Positions 27,998-38,441 are shown, counted from the stretch's first letter. The stretch is 64,000 nt of DNA from Thermoplasmatota archaeon (GCA_029762535.1 JARVGK010000003.1:64001-128000); one strand, 5' to 3'. Notes: generated by a model from the sequence alone, not told the origin. Numbers and translations: made by a program.

Positions 27998-28123
27998 TTC
28001 CCTACCCCCTTGGATGACACTGGTCCGTCATCTGTGCCTCTGGTGCGTCCCAGTGTCAATTCTGGCATTGATATTTATACGTTATGTCATCCTTCCATAA
28101 CTCTCGATCATTCGTTATGGATC

Positions 28124-30421
28124 TCAAGGATAGGAGCCGTAGCACTGCTGCATGATATGATACGACGCTTTGAGCCTGGGCACATATTCGGGTATGTCCC
28201 AGTTATCCCAACCATAGAACATGAAGTCCACTCTCCTGAACACGCCTGAGAGGGGGCGGGGGATCGAATCGGATATCGGGGGGTGATTCGTCCCGTGACT
28301 AAAATTTCCGAATGCATCAGGCTTGTAGGTGATGACGGCGAGGTGAATGCCATCTATCCTCTGGCTCGCCTTCAATCCATCCCTCCACATATCCCCCATC
28401 ACCTCCTTTCTTGAAGGGTCCCTGAAGTTTAAAAGCAGCCAGGGGATCCTCATCTCTAAGGAGTCATCCCCCCATGAGATATCGGCAAGGGAGTTGTAAT
28501 TGGGCATGGCCGGGTCCGCCACCCCCCATCTCAGCTTGCCGGTCTCGTGAGTGGAGAAGTTCGCGCTGATGTTGAACCTCTCGATAATATAACCGCGTTC
28601 ATGCGTGAGTTCTATGGTGTGGAATATGCCATTGTCCTTGCGGTTTGCATATTCCACGATCGGGATGACGCCTTCGTCCACCGCGTAATCGTAATGGTTG
28701 ACGTCGTAGTACGAATCGACGATGACCCTGGACTCCTCTCCGTTCAGTTGGATGAGGAAGTCTATACCCCTCTCGGATACGATCCCCGATCCGAAGGGCA
28801 TGACATGTACGCCCTGGTCCTGAACCGTGTCGAGGAGGACCATCGTCCTCATCCTCGACCAATCGGGAGGGCCCTGAAGGTCCATGTATTCCAGCCTGAG
28901 GTAGAGATAAGCGGCGTCATGGTGTACTTGAACGGCCTGGAGATCCCTGCCGTCGTCGTACCCGTCATCGAATATATTGTAGCGGGATCCGGCCGTCCTT
29001 CCGAGGGGGTCCACCCTTTCCCAATCGCCGGAGGATCCGTCGATGACGATACGATGCTCGGAGACGGGATCGAAGGCGAGCATGCCGTAGCATTGTTCGC
29101 ACGTCTGTACATCGTTCCAGTAAGGCCTTCTTCCCGGGTTCATGTAGTCCATGGTGTTCCATGCCCGCTTGAACCATTCGTCCTGCCACGAGAACAGAAG
29201 CCCTCCTGCGTAACCCTCATCAATAATATCGTTGAACAGTGAGGAAGTATAGGCTCCCTGTTCTTTTTCCGTTAAACCCCCATGGTGCATCCCATTGTTA
29301 TTGAAGTGAGCGATCCCACGAGAGGAACTTATACCATATTCCGCGACCAGTATCGGAATGGAAAGCGTCTTTTTCAGGTCATTCAGGTATGATGCATAGG
29401 GGGAGGCCCTTCCATATTTTGATATGTAATTTGCATAAGAGGGATCCAGATTAAGGAAATCTGGATAGTTGGGATATACATGGTATGAGGCGAAGAAACC
29501 GGGATAGAAATGGGACTTAACACGAAAATGCCTATCATCGATAGTCTCCCAATCATCATACAGCCTGGGTTCATATTTATGCTCCAGAGGATCGGTGGTT
29601 GGCCAGTTGATAAAGCTTTGAGCCCTCTGACAGTCGTAGTTGTCATATTCATAACCTGCGCAGAAATCCATCATCCTGGCCAGCCAGATCTCCATCGGGC
29701 TTGCCTCCACGGTTCTGAAGAACCTTCCATCGAGCTGGTGGATCCCCCGGTTGTTGGAATTGGTCCCGTTGACGATGTAGGGATCGTATTCGATCCCGAG
29801 GATGTATCCAAGGACATATTCTGAAACATCATGCCTGTATATGCCGTCGGCGATCCCCACGGTCGGTTCGACCTTCCTGTTGCCGTGGATTATGTCAACG
29901 GCCATGGCGATGTTGTCTATGAATACCGTGCTTACCTCATCATCGAAGGCATCGCAGCGCTCATGGATCGCGATCTCGTCCAAGGTCACGCCCTGGAAGA
30001 GGAATATCGGATCGGGGCGCACTCTGTTGTACTCGAGCAAGGCCCTGTAGAAATCCGGAGGGTGATGCGTGTATATCCTGACGGCGTTCGCGTTCATCTC
30101 CCCAATGAGTCGGAACCAATCCCTGTATTCGGAATAGGTTATCGCGGCCTCCCCGGGGAAATATCCCGGCTTGGCGGCCCCCATGTTCACTCCTTTGATG
30201 ATGATGTCCGTCCATATACCATCCTTCATGATCTGGAAACGCTCCTCTCCCACCCGGGACGTGATCCATGCCCCTTTTCCCCCGACATCGAAATATGCCC
30301 CCTCCATGTGATAGCGGGGGATCTCCCTGTCCCTGATCAAAAGAGGCCTCACGGCGAGGGCCGAGAGCAGCAGCATCCCGGCAATGAATACCGCATACTT
30401 TAGAGGACCTTTCCACTCCAT
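28124..30421 (-). CDS. Membrane-anchored putative glycoside hydrolase (TIM-barrel, GH-A-like)
   Basis: IKGVNMG, MNANAVRIYT, FASYHVYP, PILVAEYG and GGLLFSWQDEWFK; N-terminal anchor. Confidence 0.72.
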   Translation of the reverse strand: MEWKGPLKYAVFIAGMLLLSALAVRPLLIRDREIPRYHMEGAYFDVGGKGAWITSRVGEERFQIMKDGIWTDIIIKGVNMGAAKPGYFPGEAAITYSEYRDWFRLIGEMNANAVRIYTHHPPDFYRALLEYNRVRPDPIFLFQGVTLDEIAIHERCDAFDDEVSTVFIDNIAMAVDIIHGNRKVEPTVGIADGIYRHDVSEYVLGYILGIEYDPYIVNGTNSNNRGIHQLDGRFFRTVEASPMEIWLARMMDFCAGYEYDNYDCQRAQSFINWPTTDPLEHKYEPRLYDDWETIDDRHFRVKSHFYPGFFASYHVYPNYPDFLNLDPSYANYISKYGRASPYASYLNDLKKTLSIPILVAEYGISSSRGIAHFNNNGMHHGGLTEKEQGAYTSSLFNDIIDEGYAGGLLFSWQDEWFKRAWNTMDYMNPGRRPYWNDVQTCEQCYGMLAFDPVSEHRIVIDGSSGDWERVDPLGRTAGSRYNIFDDGYDDGRDLQAVQVHHDAAYLYLRLEYMDLQGPPDWSRMRTMVLLDTVQDQGVHVMPFGSGIVSERGIDFLIQLNGEESRVIVDSYYDVNHYDYAVDEGVIPIVEYANRKDNGIFHTIELTHERGYIIERFNISANFSTHETGKLRWGVADPAMPNYNSLADISWGDDSLEMRIPWLLLNFRDPSRKEVMGDMWRDGLKASQRIDGIHLAVITYKPDAFGNFSHGTNHPPISDSIPRPLSGVFRRVDFMFYGWDNWDIPEYVPRLKASYHIMQQCYGSYP

Positions 30422-30551
30422 TGAGCCTTATGAGCCGCATATCATAACTTAAACGTTGTCCAGTCATTCTCCTCGGCCCCCCAACATGGCCGACCGGATC
30501 CAAATCGTTGATTATTTATGCCGCGTGCCCGATACGTGGCGGAGGTTCAAA

Positions 30552-31118
30552 ATGACGACCAGGAAGACCCATATAGTGTTCGATCTGGAGGCCACTTGCT
30601 GGAGGGAAAGGGGGGATCCCGATCGAATGGAGATAATAGAGATCGGAGCGACAAGGCTCGATACGGTCTCATTCGACGTCACGGAGGTGTTCTCCACCTT
30701 TGTGAGGCCTTTGAGGGAACCTCAACTTAGCGATTTCTGCAAGGAGTTAACCAGCATCAGGCAGTCCGATGTTGACGGCGCCCGCCTATTCCCTGAGGCC
30801 ATGACCTCCTTCCTAGGGTGGATCGGGTCCGTTGATGCCGTTCTCTGCTCATGGGGGGCATATGACCTCAAGCAGATGAGAACGGACCACAGCAGGCACG
30901 GTATGCCCGAGCCCGATATCCTGAACGATCATATCAACCTAAAACAGCTTTATGCTGACCTGTTCAAAAGGAAACGATGCGGGATGAAGAAGGCCCTGGA
31001 GCAGCTGGGGATCCCGCTCGAGGGGACACATCACCGCGGCGTGGACGATGCCAGGAACATCGCGAAGATCGCCAAAGTGATACTGCCGATGTACTACGAT
31101 CGAAATTCCGATCGATGA
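30552..31118 (+). CDS. DEDDh 3'-5' exonuclease (ERI-1/KapD-like)
   Basis: VFDLEATCW, EIIEIGA, LSDFCKELTSI, CSWGAYD and GTHHRGVDDARN; GGAGGT RBS before ATG 30552. Confidence 0.92.
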   Translation: MTTRKTHIVFDLEATCWRERGDPDRMEIIEIGATRLDTVSFDVTEVFSTFVRPLREPQLSDFCKELTSIRQSDVDGARLFPEAMTSFLGWIGSVDAVLCSWGAYDLKQMRTDHSRHGMPEPDILNDHINLKQLYADLFKRKRCGMKKALEQLGIPLEGTHHRGVDDARNIAKIAKVILPMYYDRNSDR

Positions 31119-31124
31119 GGGAAT

Positions 31125-31196
31125 GGCAGGGGCGGCCGAGGGTTTTCATGGGGTGAGTGTGGTTCGGGAGGCCAAAAAGAAGCGGCCGCTCCTGCC
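31125..31196. ncRNA. Candidate structured RNA element, copy 1
   Basis: 14-bp terminal inverted repeat (ggcaggggcggccg / cggccgctcctgcc) enclosing agggttt...gtgtggttcgggaggc; paralog at 31915. Confidence 0.4.
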
Positions 31197-31318
31197 CGGC
31201 TTCCTTATCCTTGAGAATAATACGTCACTGAAGGGTATATAAGATTTGTAGTACAACGTTCGTATTGAGATCCTTTCATGCGTTCGGGATAAATACGCTG
31301 ACGGCATCACCCGATGTT

Positions 31319-31912
31319 ATGGATCAGGTCCACAAGCAGTCATATGGATTCTCCTGCGGCCCTGCCGCACTCCTCTCAGTTCTTCACTGGATGGACCCGT
31401 CCATTCCGCTCGAGCATGACGTGGAGTTGGACCTCTGGAGGGATGCCAACCTCGGAGAGTCCCGGGCCACCTCCGCACACGGATTGGCCCTCGCCGCGCT
31501 CAGGTTGGGCTTCAAGGCCCGGATCATCGCGAGCGGCGAGGGAATAGGTTTCGATGGGAGGTTGATGGAGCATTTCCCATCGATCCGCCCGGAATTGCTC
31601 CATGCCCTGTTCGATCACACCAGAAGGAGGTCCTTATCCTTGGGACTCATAGAGGAGATCGCACCCGTAACGCTTGATATCATCGGATCGCATATAGGGT
31701 CCGGTCATCTTCCGATAGTTCTGATCTCGACCTCTCTGATGGGGGAGGATCCGGGGATCCCGCACTGGGTGGTCGTTGTCGATGTGGATGATGGGATAAG
31801 TATCGCGAATCCGGAGACCGGAGGGATCGAGAATCATTCCATTCAAGAATTCTCGAATTCATTCGGTTATGACGGATACTCCGCTTGCGTTCTGGTATGG
31901 AAGGAAGAATGA
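31319..31912 (+). CDS. Peptidase C39-like family protein
   Basis: QSYGFSCGPAAL catalytic Cys, ELDLWRDA, HGLALAA and PHWVVV...IANP. Confidence 0.82.
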   Translation: MDQVHKQSYGFSCGPAALLSVLHWMDPSIPLEHDVELDLWRDANLGESRATSAHGLALAALRLGFKARIIASGEGIGFDGRLMEHFPSIRPELLHALFDHTRRRSLSLGLIEEIAPVTLDIIGSHIGSGHLPIVLISTSLMGEDPGIPHWVVVVDVDDGISIANPETGGIENHSIQEFSNSFGYDGYSACVLVWKEE

Positions 31913-31914
31913 TC

Positions 31915-31985
31915 GGCAGGAGGGGCGGACAAGAAGGGTTTGATGATGTGTGGTTGGAGGCTTACAATATTCGCCTCCTCCTGCC
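31915..31985. ncRNA. Candidate structured RNA element, copy 2
   Basis: Terminal stem ggcaggagg.. / ..cctcctgcc enclosing agggttt...gtgtggttggaggc. Confidence 0.4.
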
Positions 31986-32060
31986 CAAGTGTAGTCTCTG
32001 AAGGAAAAGACGTTCTTTAACCCTTTATAAACCTATTGGTACACTTTAGGATTGAAAACC

Positions 32061-33014
32061 CTATCTATCCGCTTTGACCTTCATGGATGGAGGTACCCTT
32101 GCCCAGCTGTGGAGGGCGATCCCGGCCGTTATCAGGACCAATCCCGCAAGGGTCGTGAGTAGTATCTTCTCCCCCAGGATCAGGTTTATGAAAACCAAAG
32201 ACAGAAAAGGCCCCAGATAGATCAGGCTGGTGATGCGCGTAGTGTTCGAGCTCAGGGTCAGCGCCCTCATCCATAGGAAGAACGTGACACCCATCTCGAA
32301 GATCCCGACGTAGATGGCAGCTCCTATGGGGATGATCCCTGTTATCGTTGGTCCGCCCGCGATGAGAGCTATAACGGCCAGGATCGGGATGGAAGAAACG
32401 AAGGACACGAGCATCACCACGTCCCTATCCCTTCTCTCCTTCAGCATGGCTATCCAGTAGATGGACCATAATATCCCGGAGGACAGGGCGAGGACGACAC
32501 CCATTGCGTTGGGGACATCGCTGAACAAAAATCCCTTCGTCGATATTACCATCACTCCTGCGAATCCAAGAAAGAGAGCCGCGATGTTCAATGCCCTCAA
32601 TCTCTCCTTTAAGAACACTATCGACAGGAGGCCCATGATCATGGGCCATGTATAGTTGAGAGGCTGGGCCTCCTGCGCCTTCAGCAGGTCATATGCATTG
32701 AAGAGCACTACGTAATAGAGAACCGGGTTGAGGGTTCCAAGAATGCAGAATTTCAAGAGCCTGAGCGGGGGCAGGTTCCGGACCCGGGAGATCCCCCCGT
32801 TCAATGAGACAACGATGAGAAGGGATAGTGACGATGCGCATGTGGCAATGAACAGCAACGTGTACGGGTCAAGATAGCCAAGTGCGATCTTGAAGGCGGT
32901 GGCGACGGTGGACCATATTGCGACAGCGGTCAGGGCGAACAGGTATGCCTTGCCTTGGTCATTCACGAGTCCGAAGAGATGCAATAGGTATAATAATGAT
33001 CTTATATGATGCAA
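32061..33014 (-). CDS. DMT/EamA family transporter (true start may be GTG 32966)
   Basis: About 10 TM in two EamA halves; WSTVATAFK, AQPLNYTWP and FEMGVTFFLW. Confidence 0.9.
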   Translation of the reverse strand: MHHIRSLLYLLHLFGLVNDQGKAYLFALTAVAIWSTVATAFKIALGYLDPYTLLFIATCASSLSLLIVVSLNGGISRVRNLPPLRLLKFCILGTLNPVLYYVVLFNAYDLLKAQEAQPLNYTWPMIMGLLSIVFLKERLRALNIAALFLGFAGVMVISTKGFLFSDVPNAMGVVLALSSGILWSIYWIAMLKERRDRDVVMLVSFVSSIPILAVIALIAGGPTITGIIPIGAAIYVGIFEMGVTFFLWMRALTLSSNTTRITSLIYLGPFLSLVFINLILGEKILLTTLAGLVLITAGIALHSWARVPPSMKVKADR

Positions 33015-33073
33015 AAAGTAAAACTATAATAGATAAAAAGGTCATGATATCGCATCAGATAAGGGGGTTTCAA

Positions 33074-33412
33074 ATGGCGAAAGACGATCTGGAGAAAGAG
33101 CTGAAGAAGAAGGCCAAGAAGGCCAGGAAGAAGGCAAAGAAATTCGCTGAGGACATCGGAGAGGACATATCCAAGGTGGATCTGGAGAAGGAGGCGCTGG
33201 AACTGGTCAGGGGCGTCGAGTCGGCATTCTTCGCCATGTCCGAAGACCTCAAGAGGAAGAGGGAGGAGATGGAGGCCAAGGGGGTAAAGGACACAGTGAA
33301 GAAGGACGCCAAGAGGACTGCCAATACCGCCAAAAAGGTCGCTTCAGAGGTCATAGACGATCTGGAGAAGGCCCTGTCAGAACTCAGGGATAGCATAGAT
33401 AAGGCAGAATGA
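33074..33412 (+). CDS. Small highly charged helical protein
   Basis: MAKDDLEKELKKKAKK...; RBS-like AGGGGG upstream; host-like codon usage. Confidence 0.65.
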   Translation: MAKDDLEKELKKKAKKARKKAKKFAEDIGEDISKVDLEKEALELVRGVESAFFAMSEDLKRKREEMEAKGVKDTVKKDAKRTANTAKKVASEVIDDLEKALSELRDSIDKAE

Positions 33413-33427
33413 TGCTTTAGAGGATAC

Positions 33428-33787
33428 ATGCACTCGAACTGCACCGTATACAAGACCATGGACTTCCTCGGCAAGAGATGGACCCTCCTCATCTTGCTCG
33501 AGCTATACAAGGGCAGGGAGGAGACCAGGCGCTTCTCCGAGCTGAAGGGGAAGCTCCCGGATATCACGCCGAAGATGCTGTCATCGAGACTCAAGGAATT
33601 GGAGCGGGAGGGCATGATAGAGCACACGATCGACGATTCGACCAAACCCTCGAAGAGCATGTACACTCTCACCCAAAGCGGCAAGGAGTTCATGGCCGTG
33701 ATCGGCGATATCAAATCATGGGCCCTGCGCTGGAAGTTCGATGACCCTGTGTGTGGATCGCTCGAGTGCAAGGATTGCCAACTATAG
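33428..33787 (+). CDS. HxlR-family winged-HTH regulator
   Basis: CTVYKTMDFLGKRWTLLIL, RFSELK..LPDITPKMLSSRLKELE and YTLTQSG. Confidence 0.92.
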   Translation: MHSNCTVYKTMDFLGKRWTLLILLELYKGREETRRFSELKGKLPDITPKMLSSRLKELEREGMIEHTIDDSTKPSKSMYTLTQSGKEFMAVIGDIKSWALRWKFDDPVCGSLECKDCQL

Positions 33788-33867
33788 AATATATATTATA
33801 TATCGAATACATATTTTCGATATTACAAATCACAAATCATTTATAACAGTAATAAATCCAATACAAC

Positions 33868-35157
33868 ATGCAGCGCGGGACTGGCCTTAAGAATGCACTT
33901 ATCATATCGATGGTCATACTTCTGGCCCTCTTCGCAGGTTTTTTATGGTACACGTTCAAGTTCCGGTCCCTTTACGGGGTCGTATCCCCGGTGTTCCTTA
34001 CGCTTGCGGTCCTCTACACCCTGCTGATACTCGTCTATCTGCCTATAAGGATCATACTCTACACCCTCTACAAGCCTTACGAGGACAGGGGTTACCGCCC
34101 GTCGGTGACGGTCGTCGTCCCGGCATACAACGAGGGTAAGTTCATAGAGAGAACGATAGACGCCCTGGTCCAGAGCGATTATCCGAGGGACAAACTGGAG
34201 ATCGTCGTTGTGGATGACGGGTCAAAGGACGAAACATACAAGCACATTCTCAATGCATCCTCCCGTCATCCTGGATGGATCCGCTCGATCAGGTTCGATA
34301 GGAACAGGGGCAAGAGGGAGGCCATGGCCGAGGGGGTCTCCAAGGCCAAAGGCGAGATAATAGTCTTTATAGACTCCGACACGAGGGTCGATAAGGACTC
34401 CATAAAACATCTGGTCGCTCCCTTCGAGCGGCCGATAGTGGGCGGGGTCACGGGCAAGGTAAAGGTCCACAACTGGAAGACCAATTTCCTCACAAGGATG
34501 ATGGCGGTCCGTTACATCATGTCCTTCGACTTCTACAGGAGCACGTCATCTGTGTTCGGCGGGATCAGCTGCCTGAGCGGGGTGATCTCCGCATACAGAA
34601 AGGAGATACTCGATCGGGTCATTCCGGCCTGGAGGGACCAGCATTTCCTTGGCCGAAAGTGCACTTTCGGCGACGACCGGTCCCTCACCAACCACACTCT
34701 GAGGCTAGGCTACCATACGGTCTATTCAAGAAAGGCCGTGGCCCACACGCTCGTCCCTGAGAGCTTCGGAAAGATGGCGAGGATGCTCATCCGTTGGAAC
34801 CGCAGTTTCACCAGGGAATCCATAATCCTTTTCGGATATCTCCTGAAATGGAAGGTTATTAAGAAAAGGAAGCTCCTGTTCTACGAGTCCGTGGGCAATG
34901 TCGTACTTCCGTTCCTTATGATGCTCATCCTTTTGACGCTCTACGTCAAGGTTATAATGGACCCGTTCTATCTGCTGACGGTGACTGCCTCGGTCATCGG
35001 CATGTCCATGATATACATGCTGTTCTACATACGCTCCGAGAGGAACTGGCAGTTCGTGTTCGGGATCGCCTACGCGTTCTTCTACATGTCCGTCCTCATA
35101 TGGCTCCTGCCTTACGCGATGATGACCGTTGGCAGGACGGGATGGGGTACCAGATAA
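33868..35157 (+). CDS. Processive GT2 glycosyltransferase, hyaluronan-synthase/NodC-like
   Basis: VVPAYNE, VDDGS, NRGKREAM, FIDSD, CLSG, FGDDRSLTN, IRWNRSFTRES and terminal GWGTR; N- and C-terminal TMs. Confidence 0.88.
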   Translation: MQRGTGLKNALIISMVILLALFAGFLWYTFKFRSLYGVVSPVFLTLAVLYTLLILVYLPIRIILYTLYKPYEDRGYRPSVTVVVPAYNEGKFIERTIDALVQSDYPRDKLEIVVVDDGSKDETYKHILNASSRHPGWIRSIRFDRNRGKREAMAEGVSKAKGEIIVFIDSDTRVDKDSIKHLVAPFERPIVGGVTGKVKVHNWKTNFLTRMMAVRYIMSFDFYRSTSSVFGGISCLSGVISAYRKEILDRVIPAWRDQHFLGRKCTFGDDRSLTNHTLRLGYHTVYSRKAVAHTLVPESFGKMARMLIRWNRSFTRESIILFGYLLKWKVIKKRKLLFYESVGNVVLPFLMMLILLTLYVKVIMDPFYLLTVTASVIGMSMIYMLFYIRSERNWQFVFGIAYAFFYMSVLIWLLPYAMMTVGRTGWGTR

Positions 35158-35407
35158 GCCCCTTTTGTGAGGATCTAATTATTGAAGAATAACGTAATTC
35201 AGTAATTGGTCATAGCGTTCTGCGCTAATGCTATAATAGGTTTGCTTAAGGGCTATATATCACGCATCGAATGGATATTTTAACGGTTCGGAACCAAAAA
35301 AGGGCAATCTATTTATAGTTACAAGCAATAAATATATATATGGCTTCTTACGTTCGGATAATCCCGATATAAAAAACCAACTGTCTATGTCCTGGGAGGT
35401 ATGCAAC

Positions 35408-36337
35408 ATGGTAGATAAGGTCCAGGTAGAGGAAGTCACGAAATGCCCCGAATGCGGTTCCGAACACATAATAAGGGATTACGAGAGGGGCGAGCTTGTT
35501 TGCGGAGACTGCGGAGTGGTAATAAACGACCTGCAGATAGACATGGGTCCCGAGTGGAGGGCCTTCGATTCCGCCCAGGGAGAGGCCAGGGCCAGGACCG
35601 GAAGCCCCATCACCCTCACAAGGCATGACAAGGGGCTTTCCACAGAGATAGGGTGGAAGAACAAGGATTCCTACGGAAAGTCCATTCCATCCCGTAACAG
35701 GGCTCAGATGTATAGGCTAAGGAAGTGGCAGAGGAGGATCAGGGTCAGCAACGCCACGGAGAGGAATCTGGCCTTCGCGCTCTCCGAGCTTGACCGTGTA
35801 GCATCCGGGCTCGGTCTACCCCGCAATATCAGGGAGACGGCCGCTATGATATACAGGAACGCGGTGAACAAGAACCTGATCAGGGGTAGGTCCATTGAGG
35901 GTGTTGTAGCGTCATCCCTTTATGCGGCATGCAGACAGTGCAACGTCCCCAGGACGCTAGATGAGATATCAGCGGCATCCAGGGTGAGCAGGAAGGAGAT
36001 AGGAAGGACCTATCGGTTCATGACCAGGGAATTGAACCTCAAGCTAATGCCCACATCACCTCAGGATTACGTGTCAAGGTTCGCATCCGAGCTCAAGCTC
36101 TCCGGAGAGACGATAACCAAGGGTTACGAGATCCTGAAACAGGCGGACCAGCTGGAGATCACTTCAGGCAGGGGGCCAACGGGCATGGCCGCCGCGGCGA
36201 TATACATAGCCTCCATCATGACCTCGGAGAGGAGGACCCAGAGGGAGGTCGCAGACGTCGCCGGGGTTACGGAGGTCACCATAAGGAACCGCTACAAGGA
36301 GCTTGCGGAGCAGCTCGGGATCGATCTCGAGATATGA
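35408..36337 (+). CDS. tfb: Transcription initiation factor IIB
   Basis: CPECGS..CGDCG zinc ribbon, [25 protein letters not shown] and [14 protein letters not shown]; GGAGGT RBS before ATG 35408. Confidence 0.98.
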   Translation: MVDKVQVEEVTKCPECGSEHIIRDYERGELVCGDCGVVINDLQIDMGPEWRAFDSAQGEARARTGSPITLTRHDKGLSTEIGWKNKDSYGKSIPSRNRAQMYRLRKWQRRIRVSNATERNLAFALSELDRVASGLGLPRNIRETAAMIYRNAVNKNLIRGRSIEGVVASSLYAACRQCNVPRTLDEISAASRVSRKEIGRTYRFMTRELNLKLMPTSPQDYVSRFASELKLSGETITKGYEILKQADQLEITSGRGPTGMAAAAIYIASIMTSERRTQREVADVAGVTEVTIRNRYKELAEQLGIDLEI

Positions 36338-36353
36338 TCCAGGATAAGGTCGG

Positions 36354-36629
36354 GTGAGATATCTGAAGTTCGTACTCTATTCGCTGGAGAACTGCCCATT
36401 CTGCAAACATTTCATTCGACTGTTCGCGAACGCATTGCCCGACGGAGAGATCGTTATGATGGACGGGCACGGCGACGGTCTTTGGATCGAAAGGGGGATC
36501 GATTTCGTCCCGACGGTCATAGCCTACGACAACGGGGCGGAGGTGGACAGGATCTCCGCGGTGAAGATGGTGGGGATCCGCTACGGCGTCTGGCAGGATT
36601 GGATAGGCAAATACGGGATAAAGTCATGA
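36354..36629 (+). CDS. Small thioredoxin-fold protein
   Basis: CPFC motif and IDFVPTVIAYDNGAEVDRI. Confidence 0.75.
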   Translation: MRYLKFVLYSLENCPFCKHFIRLFANALPDGEIVMMDGHGDGLWIERGIDFVPTVIAYDNGAEVDRISAVKMVGIRYGVWQDWIGKYGIKS

Positions 36630-36720
36630 TCCGCTCTACAACTCCACCCCTTATTAAAGTAAACGTTGATATATTTTAATATACCACTTAGAACATCTCC
36701 TTATTAAAGAGGTTTTTAAG

Positions 36721-37869
36721 ATGGCTAATAGGGTCAGGGCGGGTACATACAGAGATACTGAGGAAGGTTACAGGGCCTTCGATCCCTTTCCGGTCCCGGA
36801 TATCGACGATATCGTCCTCGATAGGGAGATGCTGATCGCCCTCTCGAACGCTTCGATCTCGATCGGGAAGCTGGAGGGCATCTCCGGATCGGTCCCCGAA
36901 CCGGATCTTTTCGTCATGATGTACCTCAAGAAGGAGGCGGTGCTTTCGAGCCAGATCGAGGGGACGCAGGCCTCTCTGATGGACGTTCTGGAGTATGAGG
37001 GTCGAGCCCTTGACCCCAATGAGATGGCGGACCTGCCCGAGGTTCTCAATCATATCTCGGCGATGAGAAGGGGTGTCGAGAGGATAGGCAGTGGTGAACC
37101 TCTCGACCTTGGATTGATCAGGGACCTTCACAGGACCATGATGAGGGGCGGGCGCGGAGGGGACCTATCTCCAGGTGAGTTCAGAACGGTCCAGAACTGG
37201 ATCGGTCCCAAGGATGGACCATTGAACGATGCCGTTTATGTACCGCCGCCCCCTGATGCGATAAAAGGTGCATTGGAGGACCTGGAGTCGTATATCGGCC
37301 GGGGTAACGCCGCCCCGCCTCTGATCAAGGCGGCCCTTTCCCACGTCTGGTTCGAATCGATACACCCGTTCCTCGATGGGAACGGCAGGGTAGGAAGGCT
37401 GTTGATAACATTGATACTTCACAAGGATGGGGTCCTGAGTCGTCCCCTTCTATATCTTTCACATTATTTCAAGAGGAACAGGTCAGCATATTACGATAGA
37501 TTGCAGGCTGTGCGGGACGGAGATGATATCGAGGGTTGGCTCGGTTTCTTCCTCAAGGGCGTTTCGGCCGTCTCGGTCGAATCCCATGCAAAGATATTGC
37601 AGATCACCGTACTCAGGGACCGCTGTAGAAAGAACGTAATGGACGGACTTGGTCAGTCGTCTGCGGCGGGAATGCGCGTACTTGACGCACTTTTACACAG
37701 GCCCGTCATAAACGTGAATTACGTCATGGAGGTCACGGGGCTCACCTACCCTTCCGCGAACAAGCTGACAGGGGACCTTATGGGTTTGGATATCCTCTCA
37801 GAGGTGACCGGGAACAAGAGGAACCGGGTCTTCGAGTTCAAGGAATACATGGACATTCTCGAGAGATGA
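36721..37869 (+). CDS. Fic family protein (Fic_N + Fic + C-terminal wHTH)
   Basis: KEAVLSSQIEGT, PGEFRTVQNWIG and canonical HPFLDGNGRVGR. Confidence 0.94.
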   Translation: MANRVRAGTYRDTEEGYRAFDPFPVPDIDDIVLDREMLIALSNASISIGKLEGISGSVPEPDLFVMMYLKKEAVLSSQIEGTQASLMDVLEYEGRALDPNEMADLPEVLNHISAMRRGVERIGSGEPLDLGLIRDLHRTMMRGGRGGDLSPGEFRTVQNWIGPKDGPLNDAVYVPPPPDAIKGALEDLESYIGRGNAAPPLIKAALSHVWFESIHPFLDGNGRVGRLLITLILHKDGVLSRPLLYLSHYFKRNRSAYYDRLQAVRDGDDIEGWLGFFLKGVSAVSVESHAKILQITVLRDRCRKNVMDGLGQSSAAGMRVLDALLHRPVINVNYVMEVTGLTYPSANKLTGDLMGLDILSEVTGNKRNRVFEFKEYMDILER

Positions 37870-37934
37870 TAATTAAAATATTTTGGTCTTTTCTTTAATA
37901 TGGCAGAAAGTCCAGGCCTTTTATTGAACCAGAA

Positions 37935-38441
37935 TTAACTATGGACAGGGCCGCTATGCCGCAGAAGGATCTCCACCGTCCATCTTGCCGCCCTACCCGC
38001 AACGGAGGTGCACTTGTCCTCATGACCTCCTGCTTCCTCGAATTCGATGTTGCCCTCCCTGGTCCGAAGATCGAAGGAACGGCCCATTATTCTCTCCTGG
38101 ATGTCGGAGCATGTGATGCTCCCGTATTCCTCTATGAACCTCTCATACAGCTTTATCGAGAGCCTGTAAGCGTCCCGGAACTCCCTCTCCTTTCCGAAGC
38201 CGTCGACCGGACGGCCGTAGAGGAGGCCGATCGCCATCAACCCTCCGGCAAGGGCCCCGCAGGTGCCCCGCCCGGAAAGGGCCGATCCCCCGGCAAAGGT
38301 GTAGCCAGACCTGACCACATCATCGGGGATCCCCCCAATGGTCTCCCTGACCGCCATTAGGACGGCCTGGGTGCACCCGCCGTATCTCCTCTCGTACTCG
38401 AAGGCCACGTCATATGCCCTGTCGGGGAGCGATCCGTCCAT
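37935..38441 (-). CDS. C_GCAxxG_C_C family putative redox protein
   Basis: GCTQAV, GTCGALAGG, GSITCSDI and DKCTSV. Confidence 0.88.
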   Translation of the reverse strand: MDGSLPDRAYDVAFEYERRYGGCTQAVLMAVRETIGGIPDDVVRSGYTFAGGSALSGRGTCGALAGGLMAIGLLYGRPVDGFGKEREFRDAYRLSIKLYERFIEEYGSITCSDIQERIMGRSFDLRTREGNIEFEEAGGHEDKCTSVAGRAARWTVEILLRHSGPVHS

